Virus record (IMG/VR): IMGVR_UViG_3300031963_000016
Coordinates: 97,712-161,711 of that record
Direction: 5' to 3' (one strand)
Source: a virus
Length of the DNA stretch: 64,000 nt
Of the stretch, positions 37,790 through 47,406 are shown one piece after another. A program made the position numbers and the translations under genes. How positions within the stretch are numbered: the stretch's first letter is position 1; each line of letters opens with the position of its first letter. The notes under the pieces are model-generated. The model was not told the DNA's origin. It was given only the letters and a program-made list of their open reading frames with translations, and ran no database searches.

Positions 37790-40278
37790 TGGAATTTTAT
37801 ACTAATGTAGCACCATATGGCGACAAGATGTTCGTCATTGGTTATGATAAAGGAAGACGATATATGCGTAAGATAGATTTCTATCCTACGCTTTTTGTCA
37901 CTTCTAAGTCCAAGTCTAAGTGGCAGACTTTGGAAGGAACATATGTCGATGAAATGAAACCTGGAAGTATTAAAGAAACTCGTGACTTCGTTAAGAAGTA
38001 TGAGGATGTTTCTGGTTTCGCAATCTATGGTAACACTAACTACGCATATCAATACATTAGCGATACATATGACAGTGATGTCAATTGGGACATGGAACAG
38101 ATTCGTGTGTTCTCTCTTGACATTGAAACTGCGACTGAGTCTGGGTTTCCAGACATTCGTAGTGCTAATGAAGAAATTCTTCTTATCACTATTAAAGATA
38201 TTCATTCCAAAAAGATTGTCACATGGGGTGTGAATCCATACGAAACCAAACGAGAAGATGTCACATACTATCGCTGCATAGACGAACATCAATTACTAAA
38301 AGAGTTTATCATCTGGTGGCAACAAAACTATCCAGATGTTATCACTGGCTGGAACACCGACTTCTTCGATGTACCATATCTTATTAAACGAATCTCTAGA
38401 GAACTCGGTGAGACATTCGCAAAGAAGTTAAGTCCATGGGGTCTTATTAATGAGAGAAATACATATATCAAAGGCAATGAAGAACTTCATTATGATATTT
38501 CTGGCATTAGTCAGCTTGACTATCTTGAGTTGTACAAAAAGTATACATACACCAAACAAGAATCCTATCGACTTGACTATATTGCACAAGAGGAACTAGG
38601 TGAACGAAAGAAAGAGAATCCTGGAACTGACTTCCGAGATTTCTATACTAATCACTGGGATAAGTTTGTTGAATATAACATTCACGATGTGGAACTTGTA
38701 GAAAAACTCGAAGACAAGATGCGTCTAATCGAACTACATATCACCATGGCATACAATGCTAAGATTAACTTCGAAGATGTCTACTCACAGGTTCGTATGT
38801 GGGATACAATTATCTACAATCACCTGCGTAAGAAAGGTATTGTCATTCCCATGAAAGTATCCAATGGTGGTAAAGATGCTCAATTTGAGGGTGCATATGT
38901 AAAAGACCCACTCATTGGTCAGCATAAATGGATGGCATCATTTGACTTGAACAGTTTGTATCCTCATCTGATTATGCAATACAATATCAGCCCAGAAACT
39001 CTTACGCATGAGAAACTATCTGTGACAGTTGATAAACTTCTCAACAAAGAGGTTGACACTGACTATTGTAAGCGTAGAGATCTAGCATTGACTGCGAATG
39101 GTTGGTGTTATCGTAAAGATATTAAAGGTTTCATGCCTGAACTGATGGAACAGATGTATGTCAATCGCTCCAAATTTAAGAAACAGATGTTGAAGATTCA
39201 ACAAGAGTATGAAAAAGATAAGTCACAGAAACATCTGTTGAAAGATATTTCTCGTCTTAACAATCTGCAGATGGCAATGAAGATTGCTCTCAACTCTGCT
39301 TATGGTGCGATGGGTAATCAGTACTTCCGTTACTTTGATATTCGTATGGCTGAAGGTATTACCACAAGTGGTCAGTTGTCGATTCGTTGGATGGCAAATG
39401 AGTTTAATCGCTATATGAATCGTTTGATGAAAACTACAGATGAAGACTATGTTATTGCCATTGACACAGACTCAATCTATCTAACGATGGAAAACCTTGT
39501 AGAGAAAGTTGCTGCTGATAAAGATACCGTAGGAAAGATTAAATATATGGACAAAGTCTGTGAAGAAATCTTTCAACCATTTATTGATCAAACATATCAG
39601 AAATTAGCAGATTACATGAACGCATATGCGCAGAAGATGCAGATGAAGCGAGAAGTTCTTGCTGACAAAGCAATCTGGACTGCCAAGAAACGATACGTAA
39701 TCAATGTACACAACTCTGAGGGTGTACAATATGCCAAACCTAAAATTAAAGTCATGGGTTTGGAAATGGTCAAATCATCTACTCCTGCTGTCATTCGTGA
39801 TAAACTAAAAGATTCTTTAGATGTAATTCTAAAAGGTAATGAATCTGATTTGCATACATATGTGAGAGAATTTAAAAAAGAGTTTGATAAGATGGCTGTT
39901 GAAGATATTGCTTTCCCTCGTTCTTGTAATGGTGTTAAACAGTATGCAGGATCGCCGATCTACATTAAGGGAACACCAATTCAAGTTCGTGGTGCATTGC
40001 TTTACAATCATCATCTGAGAAGACTTGGATTAGATAAAAAGTATCAGGCTATTCGAGATGGAGACAAAATCAAGTTTGTTTATCTACGAACTCCAAATCC
40101 GATTCAGGAAGATGTGATTGCTTTTAGCCAACATCTACCAAAAGAACTAAAATTGGAAACATACATAGATTATGACAAACAATTTGAAAAAGTTTTTCTT
40201 GATGCCTTACAAATTGTAATCGAACCTTTGAAATGGAAAACACAGGAGGAATCTTCATTGGAAGACTTCTTTGGATAA
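37789..40278 (+). CDS. gp43: Family B DNA polymerase
   Basis: DIET exonuclease motif, SFDLNSLYP, KIALNSAYG, DTDS; C-terminal SLEDFFG. Confidence 0.98.
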   Translation: MEFYTNVAPYGDKMFVIGYDKGRRYMRKIDFYPTLFVTSKSKSKWQTLEGTYVDEMKPGSIKETRDFVKKYEDVSGFAIYGNTNYAYQYISDTYDSDVNWDMEQIRVFSLDIETATESGFPDIRSANEEILLITIKDIHSKKIVTWGVNPYETKREDVTYYRCIDEHQLLKEFIIWWQQNYPDVITGWNTDFFDVPYLIKRISRELGETFAKKLSPWGLINERNTYIKGNEELHYDISGISQLDYLELYKKYTYTKQESYRLDYIAQEELGERKKENPGTDFRDFYTNHWDKFVEYNIHDVELVEKLEDKMRLIELHITMAYNAKINFEDVYSQVRMWDTIIYNHLRKKGIVIPMKVSNGGKDAQFEGAYVKDPLIGQHKWMASFDLNSLYPHLIMQYNISPETLTHEKLSVTVDKLLNKEVDTDYCKRRDLALTANGWCYRKDIKGFMPELMEQMYVNRSKFKKQMLKIQQEYEKDKSQKHLLKDISRLNNLQMAMKIALNSAYGAMGNQYFRYFDIRMAEGITTSGQLSIRWMANEFNRYMNRLMKTTDEDYVIAIDTDSIYLTMENLVEKVAADKDTVGKIKYMDKVCEEIFQPFIDQTYQKLADYMNAYAQKMQMKREVLADKAIWTAKKRYVINVHNSEGVQYAKPKIKVMGLEMVKSSTPAVIRDKLKDSLDVILKGNESDLHTYVREFKKEFDKMAVEDIAFPRSCNGVKQYAGSPIYIKGTPIQVRGALLYNHHLRRLGLDKKYQAIRDGDKIKFVYLRTPNPIQEDVIAFSQHLPKELKLETYIDYDKQFEKVFLDALQIVIEPLKWKTQEESSLEDFFG

Positions 40279-40280
40279 AT

Positions 40281-40309
40281 TTGTCTTACAAATAAAGATA
40301 TTGTATAAT
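40281..40309 (+). promoter_or_regulatory. Sigma70-like promoter
   Basis: TTGTCT-17-TATAAT upstream of thioredoxin/uvsX. Confidence 0.7.
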
Positions 40310-40320
40310 AGGAGATATAA

Positions 40321-40572
40321 ATGAAAGCATTAAAATTTTATGCTGATTGGTGTGGACCATGCAAGGGGTTGAGTCAAGTCATTAAAAATGCTGGTGATAA
40401 AGTCACCATGGAAATTGAAAGTGTTAACATTGACGAAAACATTTTCATTGCACAAGATTACAAAGTTCGTTCTGTTCCAACTATGGTCATAGTAGATGAT
40501 AGTGGAAGTGAGATTCGTAGAAAAGTTGGAAGCATGAATGAAGAACAGTTACTAGAATTTCTGAAAGGTTAA
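40321..40572 (+). CDS. Thioredoxin
   Basis: FYADWCGPCK, VRSVPT. Confidence 0.93.
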   Translation: MKALKFYADWCGPCKGLSQVIKNAGDKVTMEIESVNIDENIFIAQDYKVRSVPTMVIVDDSGSEIRRKVGSMNEEQLLEFLKG

Positions 40573-40574
40573 TT

Positions 40575-41627
40575 ATGAGCATCTTAGATAAAATTAAAAA
40601 GAATAGCACCATTAAAGAATCTGCGATTCTTTCTGAATCTAAATTCTTCACTAAGAAGGATATGATTCCAACTAGCATTCCAGTTATTAACGTAGCACTT
40701 TCTGGTCGTCTTGATGGCGGTCTTACTCCAGGATTGACTATGTGGGCTGGTCCATCAAAACATTTTAAGACTGCTTTCAGCTTATTGATGGCAAAATCTT
40801 ATTTGGACAAATACGAAGATGCAGCACTTCTTTTTTATGATTCTGAGTTTGGTACTCCGCAGTCTTATTTCGATTCCTTTGGTATTGATACTGATAGGGT
40901 TGTTCATACTCCAATTACTGATATCGAGCAATTAAAGTTTGATATTATGCAACAATTACAAAATGTTGATCGTGGTGATAAACTTATGATCGTTATTGAT
41001 TCGATCGGCAATCTTGCATCTAAGAAAGAAGTTGAGGATGCATTGGAACAAAAGGCAGTTGCTGATATGAGTCGAGCAAAACAACTCAAGTCTTTATTCC
41101 GTATGGTAACGCCACATTTGACGATGAAGGATGTTCCTATGGTTGTAGTAAATCATACATATAAAGAGATCGGTATGTTCCCCAAAGATATTGTTGGTGG
41201 TGGAACTGGATCTTATTATTCAGCTGATAACATCTTTATCTTGGGTCGCCAGCAAGAGAAAGATGGAACCGAAGTTACTGGTTATAACTTTATCATTAAC
41301 GTAGAGAAATCAAGATATGTCAAAGAAAAATCTAAGATACCTGTTAGCGTATCTTTCGATGGTGGTATTAGCAAGTGGTCTGGCTTACTCGATCTCGCTC
41401 TTGAGTCTGGGCATGTAATCAAACCAAAGAATGGGTGGTATTGTAAGGCAGGTGAAGAAAAGAATTACAGAGAAAAGGATACAGAAACCAAAGATTTTTG
41501 GATGCCTATTCTTATGGACAAATCCTTTTATGATTTTGTAAAAAACAAATACTCAATCGGGGTTGGTGATATGGTAAAGGCAGATGACTTGGATAAAGTT
41601 CTTGAAGAATTAGAATTTGATGAGTAA
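40575..41627 (+). CDS. uvsX: RecA-like recombinase
   Basis: AGPSKHFKT, FYDSEFG, DSIGNLAS, GGTGSYYSAD. Confidence 0.96.
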   Translation: MSILDKIKKNSTIKESAILSESKFFTKKDMIPTSIPVINVALSGRLDGGLTPGLTMWAGPSKHFKTAFSLLMAKSYLDKYEDAALLFYDSEFGTPQSYFDSFGIDTDRVVHTPITDIEQLKFDIMQQLQNVDRGDKLMIVIDSIGNLASKKEVEDALEQKAVADMSRAKQLKSLFRMVTPHLTMKDVPMVVVNHTYKEIGMFPKDIVGGGTGSYYSADNIFILGRQQEKDGTEVTGYNFIINVEKSRYVKEKSKIPVSVSFDGGISKWSGLLDLALESGHVIKPKNGWYCKAGEEKNYREKDTETKDFWMPILMDKSFYDFVKNKYSIGVGDMVKADDLDKVLEELEFDE

Positions 41628-41952
41628 ATATTCAGACTTGCCCATACTTGTAAAAGAGAATAATGGGTTACAAGAAGTAGAATTGACAGAAGGAGAATTC
41701 TCAGGTATAATCTATACCTATGGGAAAGTAGAGTTCGTTGAAGACAATTCAAATGAACACGTGAAACTTTCCTTTGAGTATGACATTGTAAATCTTAATA
41801 ACAAAGTTATTAAAGACACCAAACAATTTGAAACATACATAGGTAAAATACTTGAGAATTTAATTCAAATCGGTATTGAAAATAATAGCATTACATATAC
41901 AGGCGGAGTTGATGAGAATAGAGCAAAAGATTCTGGCAAGTCTGATTTATGA
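41620..41952 (+). CDS. gp40-like protein
   Basis: Between uvsX and gp41 as in T4; YTYGKVEF...LSFEYDI. Confidence 0.5.
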   Translation: MSKYSDLPILVKENNGLQEVELTEGEFSGIIYTYGKVEFVEDNSNEHVKLSFEYDIVNLNNKVIKDTKQFETYIGKILENLIQIGIENNSITYTGGVDENRAKDSGKSDL

Positions 41953-43300
41953 TGAGCAATATTGTCGCAAAGTAATTCCATTTATTAAAAGAGAGTATTT
42001 CGCAGATCGCAAAGAATCAATCTTAGCATATGAAATTGTTGAATTCTTTAATAAGTACAACAAACCTGCAAGTAAAGAAGTTCTCTCAATCGAAGTTTCG
42101 AATAGAAAAGATCTAAACGACAAAGAGTTAGCTGAACTAACTGATTACATTGGTAAGTTACAGCATGAGTCATCTAATGAAGATTGGGTATTAGAAAATA
42201 CAGAAAAGTTTTGTAAAGATAGAGCAGTTTATAATGCGATTCTTGCTTCAATCAAAATCATTGAGGGGAATGACAAGGTACATACGAAAGATGCTATTCC
42301 TAGTATTCTTTCTGATGCTCTTGCCGTTTCATTTGATAATCACATTGGTCATGATTACTTGGATGATCATGATGCGAGGTTTGATTTTTATCACAGGGTT
42401 GAAGAGAAGATTCCTTTCGACTTGGAGATGTTCAACAAAATCACCAAAGGTGGATTGAGTAAGAAAACTCTAAACATTGCACTGGCTGGTACTGGTGTTG
42501 GTAAGTCGCTGTTTATGTGTCACGTTGCTGGTTCTTGTTTGAATCAGGGCAAAAATGTTTTATACATAACAATGGAAATGGCAGAAGAAAGAATCGCTGA
42601 ACGTATTGATGCGAATCTTTTAAATCTGACAATGGATGAACTCAAAGTTATTGACAGAGATATTTTTGATAATCGTATTGATAAAATCTCTAAAAAGACT
42701 CAGGGTAAGTTAATTATCAAAGAGTATCCTACTGCTGGTGCACATGCTGGTCATTTCCGAGCATTATTGGAAGAACTTAAACTTAAAAGAGAGTTTAAGC
42801 CAGATATTATCTTTATTGATTATCTAAACATTTGCGCAAGTCAAAGACTGAAGCAGGGATCAAATATCAATTCTTATACATATGTAAAGGCAATCGCAGA
42901 AGAGTTGAGAGGGTTGGCAGTAGAGTATAATGTTCCAATTGTATCAGCTACACAAACTACTCGATCTGGTTTCACAAACAGTGATCCAGGACTAGAAGAT
43001 ACTTCTGAATCTTTTGGACTACCTGCAACTGCTGACTTTATGTTTGCTCTGGTGAGTAATGAAGAATTAGAGGCGTTGAATCAGATTATTGTGAAACAGC
43101 TGAAGAATCGTTACAATGATCCTAGTTTTTATAAACGATTTGTGATTGGTATTGATAGAGCAAAGATGAAACTATATGACACTGAGGCATCTGCCCAAGA
43201 AGGGTTGTCTGATGCTGGCCAGGATGATGAACCAGTGTTTGATAAATCATCGTTTGGTAAACGACAAAGAGCAGAATCGTTCGATGGATTTAAGTTTTAG
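41912..43300 (+). CDS. gp41: Replicative DNA helicase
   Basis: AGTGVGKS, ITMEMAEE, IFIDYLNI, SATQTTRSG, SESFGLPATAD. Confidence 0.96.
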   Translation: MRIEQKILASLIYDEQYCRKVIPFIKREYFADRKESILAYEIVEFFNKYNKPASKEVLSIEVSNRKDLNDKELAELTDYIGKLQHESSNEDWVLENTEKFCKDRAVYNAILASIKIIEGNDKVHTKDAIPSILSDALAVSFDNHIGHDYLDDHDARFDFYHRVEEKIPFDLEMFNKITKGGLSKKTLNIALAGTGVGKSLFMCHVAGSCLNQGKNVLYITMEMAEERIAERIDANLLNLTMDELKVIDRDIFDNRIDKISKKTQGKLIIKEYPTAGAHAGHFRALLEELKLKREFKPDIIFIDYLNICASQRLKQGSNINSYTYVKAIAEELRGLAVEYNVPIVSATQTTRSGFTNSDPGLEDTSESFGLPATADFMFALVSNEELEALNQIIVKQLKNRYNDPSFYKRFVIGIDRAKMKLYDTEASAQEGLSDAGQDDEPVFDKSSFGKRQRAESFDGFKF

Positions 43301-43310
43301 GAGAAAAGAT

Positions 43311-44636
43311 ATGGCAGTAAAAGTTATTATCGCTGACAGAAAATATGATTGTTCTCACCTTCAGGGACAGTTTGTAGATGAACAACATTATGATATATTG
43401 GTTGAAGAAGATTGCGATGTTTATGCTCCAGCTGGAAGTTTTGGAGATGAAACTAATGATGAACAGAGAATTATCTTTAAGTTTCGCAAAAATTATTTTA
43501 CTGAAGAAGAACAACGACAGGCATATCTTGGTCTAAGAGAAGCAGCAACTGAGACACAGAATCGTGGAATGGCTGCTGGTCCGAGAGAAGGTAAACTAGG
43601 TAATCGTGAATGGGTTACAGACTATGAGTTTGATGTCATTGACTATTTCAGCAATCCGAAATCTAATCTATTTGGTAGTGATCCTATTGAAGAAATCAAA
43701 GCACAGCACGCAAACAAACCACCACAACCATCTAATAAAAATAATGTATGGTCAATTCTGGCAGTCAAGCAAGACGAATTTGACTTTGAACGCTGGGTAG
43801 AAAAAACTAAGTTGTTGACACCAGATCAGCAACGAGATGAAACTCGTCGTATGGTTCAGAAATATATTTGTCAAACTACCTATGCCAATGGAGTGATGTC
43901 TGGTATCGCTGGGTGGTTTGATCGTTATCCTCGCATTCCTTATGGTCGTGCAACATCTTATACTGCTAATAATCTAGAAAAATTTAAGATGTCATATCCT
44001 TTTTTACAGCATCTGGCAAAAGGATTTAAAGATTTACTCCCATGGCGTTATTCTAATCAGATGAAAGCAGCAAATAAATTGGATCCAGAATTTCTAGTTC
44101 CTGGAACACCATTTACTACAATTACTGTTAATAAAACCTTTCGCACTGCTGCACATTACGATGCAGGTGATTTAAATGAGGGACTGTCAAATCTTCTAGT
44201 TCTTTCTAATGATGGTAGATTTACTGGGGGATATTTAATTGCACCAGAATATCGTGTTGCAGTTAATGTTCGTCCAGGAGATTTGTTACTCATTAACAAT
44301 CATGAAGTTATGCATGGCAATACTCCTATCGTTTGCGAAGAGGGTTCAGAGCGTGTTAGTTTGGTAGTATATTTCCGTGAGAAAATGCTAGAGTTGGGTA
44401 GTAAAGCATACGAAGATTGTCGTAGAGAATATGTAGAATCACGCAGACTTAATAAAAATCATCCTGGACACAAACATGATGATGGAACAGATCGTCATCT
44501 TTGGAATGGTGTCAGCCCTGGAATGTGGGAAGAGCAAGAATGGTATGACTATTGTGAATCAAAAGTTGGTCGTGAAGAACTAATTAAGATGCATCCACAA
44601 GCAGCAAATACTTCACTAGAGGAATTCTTCGGATAA
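43311..44636 (+). CDS. TET/JBP-family 2OG-Fe(II) dioxygenase
   Basis: FTTITVNKTFRTAAHYDAGD (HxD), GDLLLINNHEVMHGNT (distal His), RVSLVVYFRE (2OG-binding Arg). Confidence 0.82.
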   Translation: MAVKVIIADRKYDCSHLQGQFVDEQHYDILVEEDCDVYAPAGSFGDETNDEQRIIFKFRKNYFTEEEQRQAYLGLREAATETQNRGMAAGPREGKLGNREWVTDYEFDVIDYFSNPKSNLFGSDPIEEIKAQHANKPPQPSNKNNVWSILAVKQDEFDFERWVEKTKLLTPDQQRDETRRMVQKYICQTTYANGVMSGIAGWFDRYPRIPYGRATSYTANNLEKFKMSYPFLQHLAKGFKDLLPWRYSNQMKAANKLDPEFLVPGTPFTTITVNKTFRTAAHYDAGDLNEGLSNLLVLSNDGRFTGGYLIAPEYRVAVNVRPGDLLLINNHEVMHGNTPIVCEEGSERVSLVVYFREKMLELGSKAYEDCRREYVESRRLNKNHPGHKHDDGTDRHLWNGVSPGMWEEQEWYDYCESKVGREELIKMHPQAANTSLEEFFG

Positions 44637-45343
44637 TGTGCGCAGTTATTGGTACTATCCTGCAGCAACCAACAAAGCAGGACTTCTCTATGATTCGTCG
44701 TGTATTCCAGGAATCTAAAATTCGTGGAATGCACGCTACTGGTATTTCGTTCTTACCAAAGTGGAGCGACAAAATTGAGACAATTCAAGAGCCAATCCCA
44801 GCAGACAAATTTGTAGAGAAGTATTTACATAATGATAATTTATCAGATATGATTGCTGACGATGGCAATCTTTATATGATTGGTCATTGCCGTTATTCAA
44901 CCAGTGATTTGGAATTTAACCAGCCATTGTATTACAACGAAAAGTCTATTGTACACAATGGTGTCATTACGCAAGAACTACCAGAAAACTGGAAAGAACT
45001 TTATGGGTATGATTGCATTACAAAGAATGATAGTGAGTTAATATTACATTCAAGAGATCCTTTAAGAGAGTTTTCTCACATGTCTATGGGTGCAGTGGAA
45101 CTATATGTATACAAAAAGATGCGATTCTATCGCAATGGTAAGCGACCATTATATTTGTCTTGTATCTCAAACGGATGTATAGTTACATCTACAGCTAACA
45201 TTGCACTTCGTGCAGAAGTTCCTGGAAGACCAGTTGAGTCATTAATGAATCATTATATTACATTTGACGATCAACTTGCAATGATGATTGAGAAAGTTGA
45301 TGTTATGAACTCGGTAGATTTACAACATTATGAATTTCGTTAA
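44636..45343 (+). CDS. Stand-alone class II (Ntn) glutamine amidotransferase/amidohydrolase
   Basis: Cys2 nucleophile, RGMHATG, GHCRYST, NQP, HNG, NDSE. Confidence 0.85.
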   Translation: MCAVIGTILQQPTKQDFSMIRRVFQESKIRGMHATGISFLPKWSDKIETIQEPIPADKFVEKYLHNDNLSDMIADDGNLYMIGHCRYSTSDLEFNQPLYYNEKSIVHNGVITQELPENWKELYGYDCITKNDSELILHSRDPLREFSHMSMGAVELYVYKKMRFYRNGKRPLYLSCISNGCIVTSTANIALRAEVPGRPVESLMNHYITFDDQLAMMIEKVDVMNSVDLQHYEFR

Positions 45344-45971
45344 TTCTACAAAAGTAGAAGAGTTAATTAAAAATAGTCCAGCTGGTAAGAATACTAAGTT
45401 CTTATCTGCTGCACACTCATTATGGTATCGTTTTCATAATTATGATAAAGCACCGCCAATGGCATTAGAAGATAATGGTGAAGTTGTTTCATTAATCTTC
45501 GCAACGCATAACAGAGATGGATATGCTAATCTATATGAGATAGTAACACTTGAGGGAAAAGAAGGAAATGGATACGCATCAAAATGTTGGGAAGAGTGGA
45601 TCCGTTACGCTACCGAAGATCGTGGTTCTAAAAGACTTAAAATATCTTGTACCCCATCTTCAGTCACTTGGCATTACCGAAATGGTCTCATCTTCTGGGC
45701 AGTTGACCCCACAGGCTCGCTCCGCTCTGATCAACCTCTTTTTGCCACTCGTGCTGAACAACTCGCATTTAGATCTTCTGCTATTATCAGTCCAACATCG
45801 GCTCTACCGCCATATAAAGCAAGAGAGCAATTCCGAGCAGAAGGATTAGAAACCTATAAATGGGGTGATAAGAAGAAAGCAAAAACACAAGCTGCAATTG
45901 ATGCAGTTGGATCTGCTTGGTTAAGAGAAGCATTAATGGAACAGCCATCTTTAGAAGAATTTTTAGTATAA
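45330..45971 (+). CDS. GNAT-family acyltransferase
   Basis: LYEIVTLEGKEGNGYASKCW (motif A-like), SSVTWHYRNG (motif B-like). Confidence 0.65.
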   Translation: MNFVNSTKVEELIKNSPAGKNTKFLSAAHSLWYRFHNYDKAPPMALEDNGEVVSLIFATHNRDGYANLYEIVTLEGKEGNGYASKCWEEWIRYATEDRGSKRLKISCTPSSVTWHYRNGLIFWAVDPTGSLRSDQPLFATRAEQLAFRSSAIISPTSALPPYKAREQFRAEGLETYKWGDKKKAKTQAAIDAVGSAWLREALMEQPSLEEFLV

Positions 45972-46990
45972 TGGATTATCGTTTAACAGAAAATCGTAGA
46001 GAAGCATTTATTCGCTGGTGGGTTTGGTCATTAAAATATGATGACTGTGATCCAGCAGTATGGTGCACCAATTATCTACATAAAAGATACGAACATAATG
46101 ACGAACAACGTCTTTGGTTAGCGTGGCTGTATGGTAATACTTACTATCTACCAACTGCATGGATTCTTATGAATGAGTTTCCTGATTTTGAATTAGCCAC
46201 AGTAGATCGTATGGAACAATGGAACACTGCGAACTATAAACGTCTACGTTATCAAACTGACACAAAATGGAATAAAGGACATCTTCCTTCCATGTTTGCG
46301 TCATATCAAAAGTTTATTGGAGATAGAACACAACGAGAGGCATTGGAGAATTATTATGGAAATACTGAAGAAGAGAACTTTGATTCTCTGTGGAAAGTCA
46401 TTAAGTCTGGGTTGTATAAGTTTGGTCGCTATTCCACTTGGTTTTATCTTCAGCATCTTAAGCATACTGCTGATATCCGTATTTCTCCTACTAGTCTCAT
46501 GCTGGATGATTTTGATGGCTCTCGCTCTCATCGTAATGGACTTCTTCTTTCCATTGGCAGAGATAACGATTATGATAGAAAACTCACTGCAGGAGACTAT
46601 GCGAATCTTGAGTCACAAGCGAAAGAGATACTTTGTGAGACCCAAGCAAGATATCCAGAACTTGCATCGCAGATAGATTATTTTACGATGGAAACTTGTT
46701 TGTGTTCATTTAAGAAAATCTTTCGTGAGAATCATGGTCGCTATCTTGGATATTATCTTGATCGACAGGCAGAAGAAATTATGCAATGTGAAAAAGATGG
46801 ATGGTATGGAATTGACTGGGATGTTCTCTGGCAGTCAAGAGAAGAAACGATTGATTTAAGATTAGACCATAAACGTGGTATTGATAAAGAAAGATATAGT
46901 TCATTTTTAAGAACTGGCAAAATTGAAAATTTAGAATGGATGTTTGATGATGAAGAACCTATACTTAGTGGATTGGAGGCATTTGTATGA
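45971..46990 (+). CDS. Amino acid:DNA transferase / aGPT-pyrophosphorylase family
   Basis: DDCDPAVW, QRLWLAWLYGNTY, FGRYSTWFY (HhH-like), METCLCSFKK, GRYLGYYLD; clade not resolved. Confidence 0.72.
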   Translation: MDYRLTENRREAFIRWWVWSLKYDDCDPAVWCTNYLHKRYEHNDEQRLWLAWLYGNTYYLPTAWILMNEFPDFELATVDRMEQWNTANYKRLRYQTDTKWNKGHLPSMFASYQKFIGDRTQREALENYYGNTEEENFDSLWKVIKSGLYKFGRYSTWFYLQHLKHTADIRISPTSLMLDDFDGSRSHRNGLLLSIGRDNDYDRKLTAGDYANLESQAKEILCETQARYPELASQIDYFTMETCLCSFKKIFRENHGRYLGYYLDRQAEEIMQCEKDGWYGIDWDVLWQSREETIDLRLDHKRGIDKERYSSFLRTGKIENLEWMFDDEEPILSGLEAFV

Positions 46991-47406
46991 GTACCGATAG
47001 TGATAATATGAATAATATTATAGATGTATCTTCTGGTATAACTTCTACCATGTCAATGGGACATAGTGATACTATTACAATTACATCAGGGCTACCTTCT
47101 AATTACGGAACTATTGCAATTGGAATTGTTACAGAAGATATTTTAGATCGTTATTCATTTAATCGTTTCACTGTCGATCATAAAGTACAGGAACATGAGT
47201 TGATGAAACTCAAGGAGACTGTTCCAACGTATGCCGATGAAATCAAAGAAAATTTGGCTAAGAATATGGCTCGAGATATAATGAAGAAAATGACATTTAC
47301 CAAAAGGAAAGATTTAGATGCTGATGTGCATCATTTCTTGGGAAGAGTCTGGGTATTTACAGAGGATGAATTGAAAAAACTTATTGAGGAAGTGAAAAAT
47401 GCTTAA
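46987..47406 (+). CDS. Hypothetical protein within the modification cluster
   Basis: Coupled to both neighbours. Confidence 0.65.
   Translation: MSTDSDNMNNIIDVSSGITSTMSMGHSDTITITSGLPSNYGTIAIGIVTEDILDRYSFNRFTVDHKVQEHELMKLKETVPTYADEIKENLAKNMARDIMKKMTFTKRKDLDADVHHFLGRVWVFTEDELKKLIEEVKNA

Noticed and set aside
2869-43300. Introns or inteins in gp17, gp46, gp43, gp41
   Set aside because: ORFs are continuous, of normal length, and lack C...HN intein termini
43311-44636. 5mC-to-5hmC glycosylation system of the characterised phage TET type
   Set aside because: No C5 methyltransferase or glycosyltransferase is adjacent; the neighbours are of the kinase/AADT type. A 5mC substrate cannot be excluded without the rest of the genome
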